DNA from: a phage
DNA length: 64,000 bases
Sequence record: PX441839.1
Strand: one strand, 5' to 3'
Shown: piece by piece, positions 7,984 through 17,068 of the stretch
Position numbering within the stretch: position 1 is the stretch's first letter
Layout of the letters: each line of letters opens with the position of its first letter
The notes under the pieces: generated by a model
Databases searched by the model: none
The model's input: the letters and a program-made list of their open reading frames with translations, nothing else
What the model was told of the DNA's origin: nothing
Program-made: the position numbers and the translations under genes

Positions 7984-8184
7984 TCATTAAGGCCCCGAAA
8001 GGGGCCAACATGCAAAGGGAATAGTAGTGATTTACTTTAAAAATGTTGAAACGGGCCGATTCTACCGCTTTAAAAATAGCCGTGTTTTGTTCCACATTGC
8101 TGGATTGTGGCGCATCAGCGACACATACAGACCCGCCGATCTTACGGGTTATCCTTTCATAGCTGTAAATATGGGACCATCATT

Positions 8185-8376
8185 ATGACCACAGAAAGCG
8201 ACATCAGACAAGCCCTGGCCGCTATGCGTTATCACCATAGATTAAAGAGCAGTGATCCAGGTTACGCCGGATCAACCTTTGAGAGGGATACCATAGAGGG
8301 GATCGCCACACTTAAGAACCTTATGGACCGTATGAGGGACAGCAACAGATCCGACTTTTTAGGGGAGGAGATTTAA
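8185..8376 (+). CDS. hypothetical protein (about 63 aa; start uncertain)
   Basis: Internal ATG of listed ORF 8107..8376. Confidence 0.35.
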   Translation: MTTESDIRQALAAMRYHHRLKSSDPGYAGSTFERDTIEGIATLKNLMDRMRDSNRSDFLGEEI

Positions 8377-8404
8377 TTTATCGGACCATAACCACTGGAT
8401 GTAA

Positions 8405-8440
8405 AAACAGGTTGATTTGGTCGGCCTGTTTTGTTATCTT
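8405..8440 (+). terminator. rho-independent terminator
   Basis: aacagg ... cctgtt stem followed by ttttgtt. Confidence 0.45.
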
Positions 8441-8795
8441 ATTTAGACGGCGGGCACCTGGGGACAGGGGGAGACAAACACCGGACCTGCCTGTTATTCA
8501 GGTTGACTTACCGGACCTGGGCCACGTTCTGCAAATGAAAATGGTTATCATTCCCAATAAAATCAAATACATACTTTCAAACCGTTGTCAAATTTATTTC
8601 ATACTACTGTATAAATATACATGGCCCTAAAACGCCCTGAATCGCGTTTTAAGCCGTTTTACCCTGAATCCTTACCCTACATCATTAAAAAATAGATCTC
8701 GCGAAATCGGACTTTCGCACTTTTTGCCCTTGCAAACATGAAAATTTTATGCTAGATGAGTTGGTTGGAATTGACAAAACTTTACAATCCCCCTA

Positions 8796-8824
8796 TTGAC
8801 GGCAAGCCCAGAAAAGCCTATTAT
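8796..8824 (+). promoter_or_regulatory. sigma70-type promoter with variant leader hairpin
   Basis: TTGACG, 17 bp, TATTAT, then cacatagggcggcaatggtgcgacggccc. Confidence 0.45.
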
Positions 8825-8876
8825 TTATCACATAGGGCGGCAATGGTGCGACGGCCCACAAAGAGGAGACCGTAAA

Positions 8877-9020
8877 ATGAACCTGACTAACTTTAACCGC
8901 TACTACATCCGCGACGAACAAGCTAACGCTTTCGGTTATGACCGCACCGCTGAAGCCGCTGAAAAGCAACATAAAATTTTCATCCGTTGGATTGCAGACT
9001 ATAAAAAGGCCCGCGCTTAA
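8877..9020 (+). CDS. small protein (47 aa)
   Basis: ATG at 8877 after AAGAGGAG RBS; the listed start at 8796 lies inside the promoter. Confidence 0.4.
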   Translation: MNLTNFNRYYIRDEQANAFGYDRTAEAAEKQHKIFIRWIADYKKARA

Positions 9021-9265
9021 TGTATCGCCTTTTTAAAATCAACCTTCCATTGTGGGCCGCTTTAGCGGTCCCCATTGCCTTTTCTGGTGATGCCTTAAAC
9101 AATTGGATTCTTTCCGCTGTACTTGGACCGGATCAAATAGTCGCAACATGCTTAAATGTTTTAAGTGCTACACTGGCAACTTCCCGCCTTGCCTACCGTG
9201 GCAAATCAATAAACCGTTATGATCTGGCGCTATCATTACCCGCTCTAATAACCTGCCTTAACTAA
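9020..9265 (+). CDS. hypothetical hydrophobic protein (81 aa)
   Basis: Start overlaps the upstream stop; last gene of the plus-strand early block. Confidence 0.4.
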   Translation: MYRLFKINLPLWAALAVPIAFSGDALNNWILSAVLGPDQIVATCLNVLSATLATSRLAYRGKSINRYDLALSLPALITCLN

Positions 9266-9272
9266 AAGACAC

Positions 9273-9299
9273 CCGCCCCACCCGGCGGGCTTTTCTTTT
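9273..9299 (+). terminator. rho-independent terminator ending the plus-strand early block
   Basis: cccgcc-ccaccc-ggcggg stem followed by cttttctttt. Confidence 0.55.
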
Positions 9300-9597
9300 G
9301 TCCCAAACGTGGCAAGCCAGAACATCCCGATCCGGTATCGGTCCTACTCCCCCAGCACATCCCCTTATCACCTCACCTGTTAAAATCAACTCATAATTTT
9401 ATTCACTTTAAGATGCATAATTGAATAAACGGCCCCAGGGTATAACGGCAAGGGTAAACAATTGCGACCAGTGTGGAGCGTTACAGCGAGTTTTAGACCC
9501 TATTGACTTCTATTTGCAAACGTGTATCAAGCCATAACTAACTAAAATCACCTTTTATTTACATAACTTGACACTACCTATTCACTTATCTGCATAT

Positions 9598-9616
9598 GAG
9601 AATGATTATCATTAAC
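9598..9616. repeat. near-palindromic AT-rich box gagAATGATTATCATTaac (copy 1 of 3-5)
   Basis: Further copies at 10005-10018 and 10201-10214, degenerate copies at 8540-8552 and 9927-9939; resembles the Fur-box consensus GATAATGATAATCATTATC. Confidence 0.45.
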
Positions 9617-9675
9617 TAAATCATACACTTACCACATACAAGTAAACAAATCAATAATAAATAAAAATTGCCTTT

Positions 9676-9860
9676 CACGTTCCCACGGATCAAGGGAGGG
9701 CGCGCCGGAGGCGCGACCTATAGAAAACAGGTAACGAATCAACCCCCGTTGCTAACTCGCAACGGTTTTTGCTTACGTTCCCACGGTCAAGGGATGACCG
9801 CTTATTAGCTACGCTAACCGCTAACATCCTTTAACCGCTTTAACCTGTTTTCTATAGGTC
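9676..9860 (+). repeat. composite structured element: direct repeats, 16-bp inverted repeat and internal terminator
   Basis: Direct repeats (c/t)acgttcccacgg(a)tcaaggga at 9676-9697 and 9774-9794; inverted repeat cctatagaaaacaggt (9717-9732) / acctgttttctatagg (9843-9858); internal hairpin ccgttgc-taactc-gcaacgg + ttttt at 9745-9770. Confidence 0.45.
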
Positions 9861-10512
9861 TTTTTTATGTGTAAATTCCATAAAGTCAAGGGCTTTTATC
9901 AAGTAATTTTCATAATTTTACTGAATGAGAATGCTTATCTTTTGCATATGTAGGCGTAAATTAGCGTAAACAGGCGGACCTGTAAGGACCTGTTAGGGCC
10001 TATAGGATGATTATCATTGCGTATAAAGTAATCAATTAGGGGGTAGTAATGCCTACTTTTGCCTTATTTTGCCTGACCAGAAACGGTCTTCTCTGTCAAC
10101 CAAAAGATAAATTTTTAGCACAAAATGTAAGTGGCCCAAATGAGAACTATTCTCAAAGTAGAGTAATTCCCAAATGTTAATGAGTCTCACCTCAATTGTG
10201 GAATGATTATCATTAAGTCCAGTGTTGGCGGGACCTGGAGCAGGACGGGTAAGCCAGTGCGTATAAGGTATTTTATGTTAAATGGTCAAAAAGTGGGCGT
10301 AGGCACAGTCTCACCGATGAGTCAAGTAATAAACTGTAAATGTGGGACAAAAGCCCGTAATTGTTGGGGAAAGAATCAAACATTTTCGAAGGTAGGGGCG
10401 GCTACCGCCAGCGACAACGGGCAAGCGGGGAAAGGGTAAGTTATTGTTTTTACTGGATATTTGGGAAAGATCGGCCCCATATGTGAGGGGTAACTCAGGG
10501 GTGCCTGGCACC

Positions 10513-11030
10513 TATATCCAAACTCTGGTGAAATATATCCAAACTCTGACCAAAAATACAAGGCTCTCTTAGCCGAAGACAAAGGAAAGATAAATGGGTA
10601 TCTCCAGCTAAACAGGGGAGACTCTTTAGGCACTAACCTTGTGGGATATTTTGGGGAGAAATGCTCTGGAGACCCTACCGTACTTGACGATCTAAAATTT
10701 TGGGGGGAGGGCACTACAGGATATTTTCTGGTCTGACTCCATAAGACCCCCTACCCACTTTTGGACATCTAAAAATTTGGCAGGGAGGTATTTCTGATAT
10801 TTATGACTGAGTGATATTTGAACAGAGGGGACTCTTTAGACACCCACTTGTTTTGGGGAGAAGGTATAATATTATTTGGGAGGGGGTATAACAGAATTGA
10901 TAACAGATTTGGAAACAGGAAGGGACAGGGTTGACTCTTTAGGTATAGAAGGCAAAACTGATGGGTTGACAGATTGACCAACTGACGGGACTCTTTAGGC
11001 AAGAAAGCAGGAGAGCCTCTTTAGGCCCTC
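10513..11030. repeat. iteron-like cluster of degenerate short repeats
   Basis: tatatccaaactctg twice (10513-10527, 10534-10548); gactctttagg five times (10620, 10830, 10933, 10989, 11015 variant); ttttggggaga-type G-runs at least five times. Confidence 0.45.
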
Positions 11031-11052
11031 CTTTTTTGGGATCACTGGAACA

Positions 11053-11334
11053 TTAGAGGTAATCCTCTAATAGCTCCAGCCAGAAGCCACTTTGGTCCTT
11101 TCTGGTGTGACTCTGTGGCCCATTATCGTGGATGAGATAGATGTTTCCATCAACCCCTTCGAAGATTCTCATTTTGGCATCCACGTACAAATACCTCAGT
11201 TCTTTCTGGCTGTACCCATATGTGGGATAATTCTGGGATGTCATGCGACCTCCCACAAAAGGGTGAGGGATATGGTTATGGCTATGACAGCAAGCAGCAC
11301 AAGCCATTTGGTTATGTACTCCTTGTGGGTCCAC
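11053..11334 (-). CDS. hypothetical protein (93 aa), last gene of the minus-strand block
   Basis: Six-frame ORF; Cys/His-rich N-terminus. Confidence 0.45.
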   Translation of the reverse strand: MDPQGVHNQMACAACCHSHNHIPHPFVGGRMTSQNYPTYGYSQKELRYLYVDAKMRIFEGVDGNIYLIHDNGPQSHTRKDQSGFWLELLEDYL

Positions 11335-11434
11335 AGCAGGTATTCAAAGTCATCTTCGTGATTGTGGAACATAACTACACCCCCTGTTTATAGAAGTAAT
11401 TGTTTTCATTATCCCTACCTTCCCAACTATGGCC

Positions 11435-11650
11435 TTACAGTCCACTACCTGCCTCATTAAAGGCATCCTCAATTGCCTGTTCCAGAGAAAGTCCGTAGCC
11501 AAACACCCCGTGGGTACGGGAGTGTACCTGAACAAGGTCTTTGTCACCACAATCTAAGCGATCAAAGATAAACTCTTGATTATTAACAGTTACTTTGTAG
11601 GTTGATAGTACCTTAAACATTCTTTTCCTCCGTCTCAGACAGTATTTCAA
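11435..11650 (-). CDS. hypothetical protein (71 aa)
   Basis: Six-frame ORF. Confidence 0.4.
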   Translation of the reverse strand: MKYCLRRRKRMFKVLSTYKVTVNNQEFIFDRLDCGDKDLVQVHSRTHGVFGYGLSLEQAIEDAFNEAGSGL

Positions 11651-11837
11651 ACTTAGCTACACCCAGGACAACAACATGACCCAGTGACAATACGCCTGTC
11701 CAGTCTGTCCCGTTGCGTTTCTTACGGGTTCCTTCCAGATCGCAGAACCCGTTCTTAAATTCCGTTGCTTCAAAAATCTCCCCCTTAGGGAATACAGACT
11801 TGAAGTCGGAGATTACATTGACACATTTCAGTTTCAT
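11613..11837 (-). CDS. hypothetical protein (74 aa)
   Basis: Six-frame ORF. Confidence 0.4.
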   Translation of the reverse strand: MKLKCVNVISDFKSVFPKGEIFEATEFKNGFCDLEGTRKKRNGTDWTGVLSLGHVVVLGVAKFEILSETEEKNV

Positions 11838-11845
11838 AGGGTGCC

Positions 11846-12166
11846 TTATCGGAATGCGTTGTCTGTAAGGGTATGGAATATCTCAGGATGCCGCATACGT
11901 GGGTGATATTTAACGTTCTTCCTGCTAAATCCACCAACAACCATACTTATCCAGGACTTCTTTACCCGCTCATCTAGGCCAAGGGCCTCCCTTATTTCTT
12001 CGTATGTCCATCCAGCTTTGACGTAGAGGGCCTTGACGAGGAATACCTCCAGATCTGTTACCTTTTTCCGAGTATCGGTCCCGATCTCGTTAGAGTACCA
12101 CTCAGAAAAAGCCATTCTTCGAAGAATTCCAGTTCGTAGTGCGGGGAATTTATGTTCCGTTATCAT
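11846..12166 (-). CDS. hypothetical protein (106 aa)
   Basis: Six-frame ORF in a compact gene array. Confidence 0.5.
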   Translation of the reverse strand: MITEHKFPALRTGILRRMAFSEWYSNEIGTDTRKKVTDLEVFLVKALYVKAGWTYEEIREALGLDERVKKSWISMVVGGFSRKNVKYHPRMRHPEIFHTLTDNAFR

Positions 12167-12180
12167 AATAACTCCTTGAA

Positions 12181-12432
12181 TTATAGGAATACATTTCCAA
12201 AACTGATCATCTTGTGACCGTGGAAATCAACCCTTACTTCCACAGATGCTTCAAGTGATGTTCCATATTCACGGTAAGCGTGGACAACAATCTCGGTAGG
12301 GTTGTCCGTGTCTGCGTTTAAGAAAACTCCCCAATGGGTGCTCTTAATTCTGTTGGTAATCAGTTCAGAAATTCCGCCAACATCTGCCAGAGGCTTACGC
12401 CAAGCGGTCTTTGGTGTATCAGAATCTATCAT
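12181..12432 (-). CDS. hypothetical protein (83 aa)
   Basis: Six-frame ORF. Confidence 0.5.
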   Translation of the reverse strand: MIDSDTPKTAWRKPLADVGGISELITNRIKSTHWGVFLNADTDNPTEIVVHAYREYGTSLEASVEVRVDFHGHKMISFGNVFL

Positions 12433-12745
12433 CTGGATAGTCCTTCTTTTCTTTTTCTAGGGCGTTAAGGGCAATAGATGCCTTTTCAAGGAGCATTGTC
12501 ACCTTCTTGCTAACATAGGGGTCAATGCACAGATCTCCAGTTGCGTTTCCCTCGCTGTCAAAAGATTGTACCTGAACACGAATTCTCTCAGACAGGCTCC
12601 GAATCAATTCAAGCAGTGCCTTGCTATCCTTAGCCTTCTTTGCCAAGTCAATGTACTTATTACGTACATCAAACCATTCCCTGTTCGACTCCCCGACACC
12701 ACTTTGCTTTACACCGCAGGACATGCAACGTTTCATTTCTGCCAT
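12419..12745 (-). CDS. hypothetical protein (108 aa)
   Basis: Six-frame ORF. Confidence 0.5.
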   Translation of the reverse strand: MAEMKRCMSCGVKQSGVGESNREWFDVRNKYIDLAKKAKDSKALLELIRSLSERIRVQVQSFDSEGNATGDLCIDPYVSKKVTMLLEKASIALNALEKEKKDYPDDRF

Positions 12746-12751
12746 AGGATA

Positions 12752-13084
12752 TCACCCCTGTACCTTAACAACACCCTGGATCTTACGAATCTCTTTCGCA
12801 ATTTCTTTGGCGTTTTCTTTCTTTACAGTCACGACAATACCAACTTCCGTTTGTGTTTTCAACCACTTACGGTAAAACTTAACCAGATCGACACTTTCTC
12901 TTTTTGAATAGGCATCTTCAAAAACAGACCCGCACTCAATGGTTATGATTGAGGATTCTTTGACAGTGTCGTACTCTTCAATCTCAACACCGTCCTGTAG
13001 AATCAGTGTGTCATCGTGGTAGTAACCTGCCCAGTAACCCTCGTCATTGTAAAACTTGTTCCACATCTCGCCCGTAACTTTCAT
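12752..13084 (-). CDS. hypothetical protein (110 aa)
   Basis: Six-frame ORF. Confidence 0.5.
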   Translation of the reverse strand: MKVTGEMWNKFYNDEGYWAGYYHDDTLILQDGVEIEEYDTVKESSIITIECGSVFEDAYSKRESVDLVKFYRKWLKTQTEVGIVVTVKKENAKEIAKEIRKIQGVVKVQG

Positions 13085-13317
13085 TTCTTTCTCCTCTTTT
13101 TAAGATCTTCCTCAGAAGCCATTAGCCAACACGGGTCAAAACTACCGTATGCCCAGTAGTCTAGCACCTCTCCGCACTTCTTACAATACGTTTCGGATTC
13201 GCAGACTGTCCATTCAATGGAGGATATTACCCTCGTTCCCAAGTCGGGAGATATGCACACATAGCACCTTTTCGCCGCCCCGTCTCGGTCGAAGAACTTG
13301 TCGTGAAATTTCGCCAT
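13081..13317 (-). CDS. small zinc-ribbon protein (78 aa)
   Basis: CYVC ... CKKCG; AAGAGGA RBS. Confidence 0.5.
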   Translation of the reverse strand: MAKFHDKFFDRDGAAKRCYVCISPDLGTRVISSIEWTVCESETYCKKCGEVLDYWAYGSFDPCWLMASEEDLKKRRKK

Positions 13318-13558
13318 TTGTTAAATCCTCTTTGTAAACAACCTTTTGGATACGTTTTACTATATGAACGTCACCACGTTTGGAGACAGACACTGATTTG
13401 TCCCACTTGGGGAACTTACTCAACAGATCTCCACGGGCTTCTCTTGTTAAACCGTAGTAGGAGGTTCTTCGATAGCTTAAGAACATTGTGGTCAAAACCT
13501 TACGTGTTCGTGAGGTATGTACCCTTGTCCAGTATGTTCTTCGTGTTTTCATTGACAA
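13214..13558 (-). CDS. possible basic Arg-rich protein (114 aa), overlaps neighbour by about 100 nt
   Basis: Only long ORF covering the 13.3-13.6 kb interval; the overlap lowers confidence. Confidence 0.25.
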   Translation of the reverse strand: MSMKTRRTYWTRVHTSRTRKVLTTMFLSYRRTSYYGLTREARGDLLSKFPKWDKSVSVSKRGDVHIVKRIQKVVYKEDLTNGEISRQVLRPRRGGEKVLCVHISRLGNEGNILH

Positions 13559-13780
13559 ACTCCCGACATTTACTCGACGAAAAGGACCACAAGGTCCTTT
13601 TTCTTGAACACTACATGATCTTGATGCTGCTTGCCAAGATGAACACGGACGCGAAGTTTATGATTCCCGTGATAACTTGAAACACCTTGTCAAACTTTCG
13701 AGGTAAGTTCTTCACATTGTTGAAGCTCCATGCTGTAAAGAACATAGCTCCAATTAAAAGGACAACTTTAATGATATCAA

Positions 13781-13969
13781 TCACTTCTCAAGCTCCTTAA
13801 CATAGTCCAGAAACATTTCCCAATTACCCTGGCAGAACTGGTACTTGTACCTGTTCACCGGAGTACCCATAATCTCCTCAACATACGCTACAGAGGAATC
13901 TGGGTTGTGGGCCATATATACCTTCTCAAATATTTCCCGAAGTTTAGCCTTATCTTTCATGGTCGTCAA
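13781..13969 (-). CDS. hypothetical protein (62 aa)
   Basis: Six-frame ORF. Confidence 0.4.
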   Translation of the reverse strand: MTTMKDKAKLREIFEKVYMAHNPDSSVAYVEEIMGTPVNRYKYQFCQGNWEMFLDYVKELEK

Positions 13970-13972
13970 CCC

Positions 13973-14137
13973 TTAATCATCAAAAACAATGTCAACAACT
14001 ATTCCACTACCATCCGCAGCTTCGTTAACTGTGTATCCTTCAACATCGTGCCAGTATAAGCCTTTGTGGGAGTTCTCGTAGATGTATGTCTGAATCAGTT
14101 CTTCAAGTGTAACGCGATGGACGTAATCTTTACTCAT
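13973..14137 (-). CDS. hypothetical protein (about 54 aa)
   Basis: Internal ATG at 14137 with GGAG RBS, chosen to remove a 149-nt overlap with the upstream gene. Confidence 0.35.
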   Translation of the reverse strand: MSKDYVHRVTLEELIQTYIYENSHKGLYWHDVEGYTVNEAADGSGIVVDIVFDD

Positions 14138-14432
14138 CCTCGTAAGCTCCTTCAATGTGTGAAACGTAGCCGTAAGCATCTCGCCCCGTTTGGAGGATAG
14201 TTCCAAATCCGCATAGATCGGCGTCAAACCCAGAACAGGCCATTTCCCAGTCGTAATACTCTTCCAGCGTAGATCCATTACTCAGAGACTTCATGAACTC
14301 CTTGTAACTGTACTCAAGCTCTGCCATTTGGGACCTTGCATACTCCATCCCTTTCTCTGTAACCTTAGGTCCAGGATCTTTTACCCATTTGGCATCTAAA
14401 TCTGCGTAGAAATCAATGTTTTCTTCCCTCAT
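14130..14432 (-). CDS. hypothetical acidic protein (100 aa)
   Basis: Six-frame ORF. Confidence 0.45.
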   Translation of the reverse strand: MREENIDFYADLDAKWVKDPGPKVTEKGMEYARSQMAELEYSYKEFMKSLSNGSTLEEYYDWEMACSGFDADLCGFGTILQTGRDAYGYVSHIEGAYEDE

Positions 14433-14556
14433 GACAAACCCCTTTAAGTTTAAGCCTGTAATTGGCCCTCAGGCTTCCTGAGCGGCCCCCTGCGGCCTTT
14501 TGTTGATTAAGATGATAAATCACCTTGCCTTTGTATAAAACTCCTCTACGGGCCTC

Positions 14557-14871
14557 TTAGGAGGTTTTACAGGCAAGATACTCTTTGTACTCTTTTTCCA
14601 AGCCTTCGTAAGTGGAGTTCGCAAGGAGCGGTTCCCCTTCCACGGGGTCAATGACGAACAGTGTTCCAGTTACATTATCAACATCTTTCATCATCTTGAC
14701 CACGAGCGGGTCCTCGAAAGTGGAAAACGGTAGACCTGGGTATGTCAGTCTCAAGAGACTTCTACAATTCTCTGCCCACCCTGTGTGCCAAGCATCACCG
14801 TTATGATCAACAATCAGTAACTGAACAGTAGCAAATTTTGCATTACACATCCCAACGCTCCATAATTTCAA
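14557..14871 (-). CDS. hypothetical protein (104 aa)
   Basis: Six-frame ORF. Confidence 0.5.
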   Translation of the reverse strand: MKLWSVGMCNAKFATVQLLIVDHNGDAWHTGWAENCRSLLRLTYPGLPFSTFEDPLVVKMMKDVDNVTGTLFVIDPVEGEPLLANSTYEGLEKEYKEYLACKTS

Positions 14872-15121
14872 GGACTTGAGGGCGAGTTAGGTGGAAGTCT
14901 GCCACAAGTCGTGTTTTCAATTTTCCGCAATCCACACACTGGAGAAGAACAGAGGTGTATTTCCTAGGCAATGCTATCGATCTTGAAGTGTCGTACTCAT
15001 GACTGGTCGTTACCAGCTTCCACTTGTGGCTGCATTTAGGTGTTACTTCTTTTTTCTTTCCAGTCAGGAAATTAATGAATTTTTTCAACACGTTCAAGTT
15101 CTCCACTTTCAACAACTTCAA
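14843..15121 (-). CDS. hypothetical protein with Cys pairs (92 aa)
   Basis: Six-frame ORF; CSH ... CVDCG. Confidence 0.45.
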   Translation of the reverse strand: MKLLKVENLNVLKKFINFLTGKKKEVTPKCSHKWKLVTTSHEYDTSRSIALPRKYTSVLLQCVDCGKLKTRLVADFHLTRPQVLEIMERWDV

Positions 15122-15344
15122 GGGTCATTGGGTCCAAAATGTGATACCAACCACCATATACATTAACTCCTTTCAGGATGTCGTGTGCCATCTCGATACT
15201 CAAGGCAACCCCCTTAAAGTCCCCAAACCCTCCGCAGGGGTAGTGGTGTGGACCTGCAAATACCCAAAACATCTTTGAATCTTTATTAGGTACTACCTGG
15301 AATGTTGCCTTAACATCTTGAATATTTTCGTGATTAATGTTCAT
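15072..15344 (-). CDS. hypothetical protein (90 aa)
   Basis: Six-frame ORF. Confidence 0.45.
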   Translation of the reverse strand: MNINHENIQDVKATFQVVPNKDSKMFWVFAGPHHYPCGGFGDFKGVALSIEMAHDILKGVNVYGGWYHILDPMTLEVVESGELERVEKIH

Positions 15345-15573
15345 ACTTGATATTCCCCTCCTCTATTTGAATGTTTGCAATGTAGCACTTTTCAAAGATG
15401 AAGTCAATAAGATCCCCGACAGTGAATGATTTTGAGCTTGTGCATGAGCAACTTGGATAAAGGTCGTCATAAACAACACCATCGATCTCCACCAAGTACC
15501 CCTCTGCACTGTTCCAACAGCCCAGGTCACAATCACCACTATCCACTTCGATAAATTCATATTTTACTTTCAT
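15334..15573 (-). CDS. hypothetical protein (79 aa)
   Basis: Six-frame ORF. Confidence 0.45.
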   Translation of the reverse strand: MKVKYEFIEVDSGDCDLGCWNSAEGYLVEIDGVVYDDLYPSCSCTSSKSFTVGDLIDFIFEKCYIANIQIEEGNIKYEH

Positions 15574-15582
15574 TTCAACCCC

Positions 15583-15861
15583 TTACCATTTAATTTTTGA
15601 ACCTCTTTTGAGGACACGTAGCTGATTCTTTCTCTGCTCAGGTGCCTCGTCAATCTTCCTGTCCCACTCCAAATCAACGTAGATATCTTCCTTGATCTTC
15701 TTGTCGATGTAATTGACGATTGGAATTACCACGTCTGGGTGGATCATAAATAGCGTAAATACACCGTCCCTTTCGTAACCATCAGGGAAGAACTCTTCCC
15801 TATACTCCCTTACAAGTCTGGTATATATCAACTCCCCATAGACTGAAATTTTTTCTTCCAT
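15583..15861 (-). CDS. hypothetical protein (92 aa)
   Basis: Six-frame ORF. Confidence 0.5.
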   Translation of the reverse strand: MEEKISVYGELIYTRLVREYREEFFPDGYERDGVFTLFMIHPDVVIPIVNYIDKKIKEDIYVDLEWDRKIDEAPEQRKNQLRVLKRGSKIKW

Positions 15862-16022
15862 TTGTTCACCAATTTCGGATATGTATATATTGAGATCATC
15901 GAGGGGACTACTGCCAACAACCCAACCAATACTGCACCGTAGTAATTATCATGGTCCAGTAAGTTATGGCTACATACCCCTGCAATTGTGGCAAAGAACA
16001 AGATTATCACTGCACGATACAT
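15828..16022 (-). CDS. small membrane protein (about 64 aa)
   Basis: Two hydrophobic helices; internal ATG chosen to abut the upstream stop. Confidence 0.4.
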   Translation of the reverse strand: MYRAVIILFFATIAGVCSHNLLDHDNYYGAVLVGLLAVVPSMISIYTYPKLVNKWKKKFQSMGS

Positions 16023-16023
16023 T

Positions 16024-16302
16024 TTATTCTCCTCTCCATGAAACTTCCACCCACGATTCGTCATCGTCTTCGATCACCTTGATCTTGTACCCCATATCCA
16101 TCAACGCTTCTTTTACCGAAGGGTAGTGAACATATCCAACCCACCATTGTTGACTTTCCCCAATCGCGTCCTCAATATTCCGCATCATCTCAAGGAGTTC
16201 CATCTTCTCGTGGTGATACATCGCACATTGCACATCATCTTCCATTTGCAACCTACGTGCTTCATCTGCCGTAATTAGGCGTAACTTACCGTGAACACTC
16301 AT
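16024..16302 (-). CDS. hypothetical protein (92 aa)
   Basis: ATG at 16302 preceded by AAGGAGG RBS and a promoter. Confidence 0.5.
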   Translation of the reverse strand: MSVHGKLRLITADEARRLQMEDDVQCAMYHHEKMELLEMMRNIEDAIGESQQWWVGYVHYPSVKEALMDMGYKIKVIEDDDESWVEVSWRGE

Positions 16303-16332
16303 AAATACCTCCTTTGTGTTTTTGATGTTGTG

Positions 16333-16361
16333 AGTATAGGCTCTTGCCACACCTCTGTCAA
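16333..16361 (-). promoter_or_regulatory. sigma70-type promoter on the minus strand
   Basis: Reverse complement reads TTGACA, 17 bp, TATACT, immediately downstream of a terminator. Confidence 0.5.
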
Positions 16362-16370
16362 CAACATTAA

Positions 16371-16406
16371 TAAAATAAAAAAGGCCAACTGATTTCCCAG
16401 TTGGCC
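16371..16406 (-). terminator. rho-independent terminator (minus strand)
   Basis: ggccaactgggaaatcagttggcc followed by a T-run on the minus strand. Confidence 0.55.
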
Positions 16407-16414
16407 TGTAAGAG

Positions 16415-16867
16415 TTAACCATAAAACAACACCAGTGCGGTAGCTGTCCCATAGGCAAGTGCTGCAATTATCAAATACCTGTTTAGGTGGTCATTCCACA
16501 ACCGAATCACCTTGCAGAGTAAGGATTTTCTTCTTCTGAATGCATCCGACATGTACCTTATCGTCCTGACAAAGTTATTCACCTCTGCTTGTATGTGGTC
16601 TTCCGTGAAGGGAATATGAAGAACCTCTCGGTTTGGTATAAAAATATCCACATAGTTCTGAGATTTCCCGTACTGTATGTGAAGCCCTCTTTTTGTAGCT
16701 CGGTACACAACGTCCCGACCGGAGTCAAAGATGACAAATGACCTGTTACCAAAGTCATCTGCCTTTCCCTTGTAGATCCTACCTCCCTTACACTCAAAGG
16801 ATTCTCGGTTTGACCTAAAGAGTTCGTCATTTACCATTGGAAGCTGATTAACGTATGCATAGAACAT
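16415..16867 (-). CDS. hypothetical protein with C-terminal hydrophobic segment (150 aa)
   Basis: Six-frame ORF. Confidence 0.5.
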   Translation of the reverse strand: MFYAYVNQLPMVNDELFRSNRESFECKGGRIYKGKADDFGNRSFVIFDSGRDVVYRATKRGLHIQYGKSQNYVDIFIPNREVLHIPFTEDHIQAEVNNFVRTIRYMSDAFRRRKSLLCKVIRLWNDHLNRYLIIAALAYGTATALVLFYG

Positions 16868-17068
16868 CGTCTTCTCCCTTTTTAGTGTCGTGACTATTTT
16901 ATCATATTATGGTCCGATATAACACAAAGGGATTGACAAAAAGGTAATGTTATGAAAACTCCTAACAGATTTTTACAAAAACTGTTTAAAAGGTTAAAAT
17001 GCAGTTTATTACATAGAAAATGCCTATTAACAGGATCTGGTCAATAGGCATAACCGTTGAGTGAAATT

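Noticed and set aside
9598-10214. Literal reading of the ATGATTATCATT boxes as host Fur-binding sites
   Set aside because: The match to the Fur consensus is from memory and the boxes are AT-rich palindromes that could bind many proteins; kept only as a hypothesis in the findings.
10311-10714. Minus-strand ORFs 10311..10511 and 10376..10714 (66 and 112 aa)
   Set aside because: They lie entirely in the repeat-rich non-coding zone, are Pro/Ser/Gly-rich from translating G/C-run repeats, have no RBS, and overlap each other.
10769-11002. Minus-strand ORF of 77 aa
   Set aside because: It covers the iteron-like repeats; its composition reflects the repeats rather than a protein.
10513-11030. Possible CRISPR array
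   Set aside because: The repeats are short (11-15 bp), degenerate and irregularly spaced, with no constant repeat-spacer periodicity and no cas genes.
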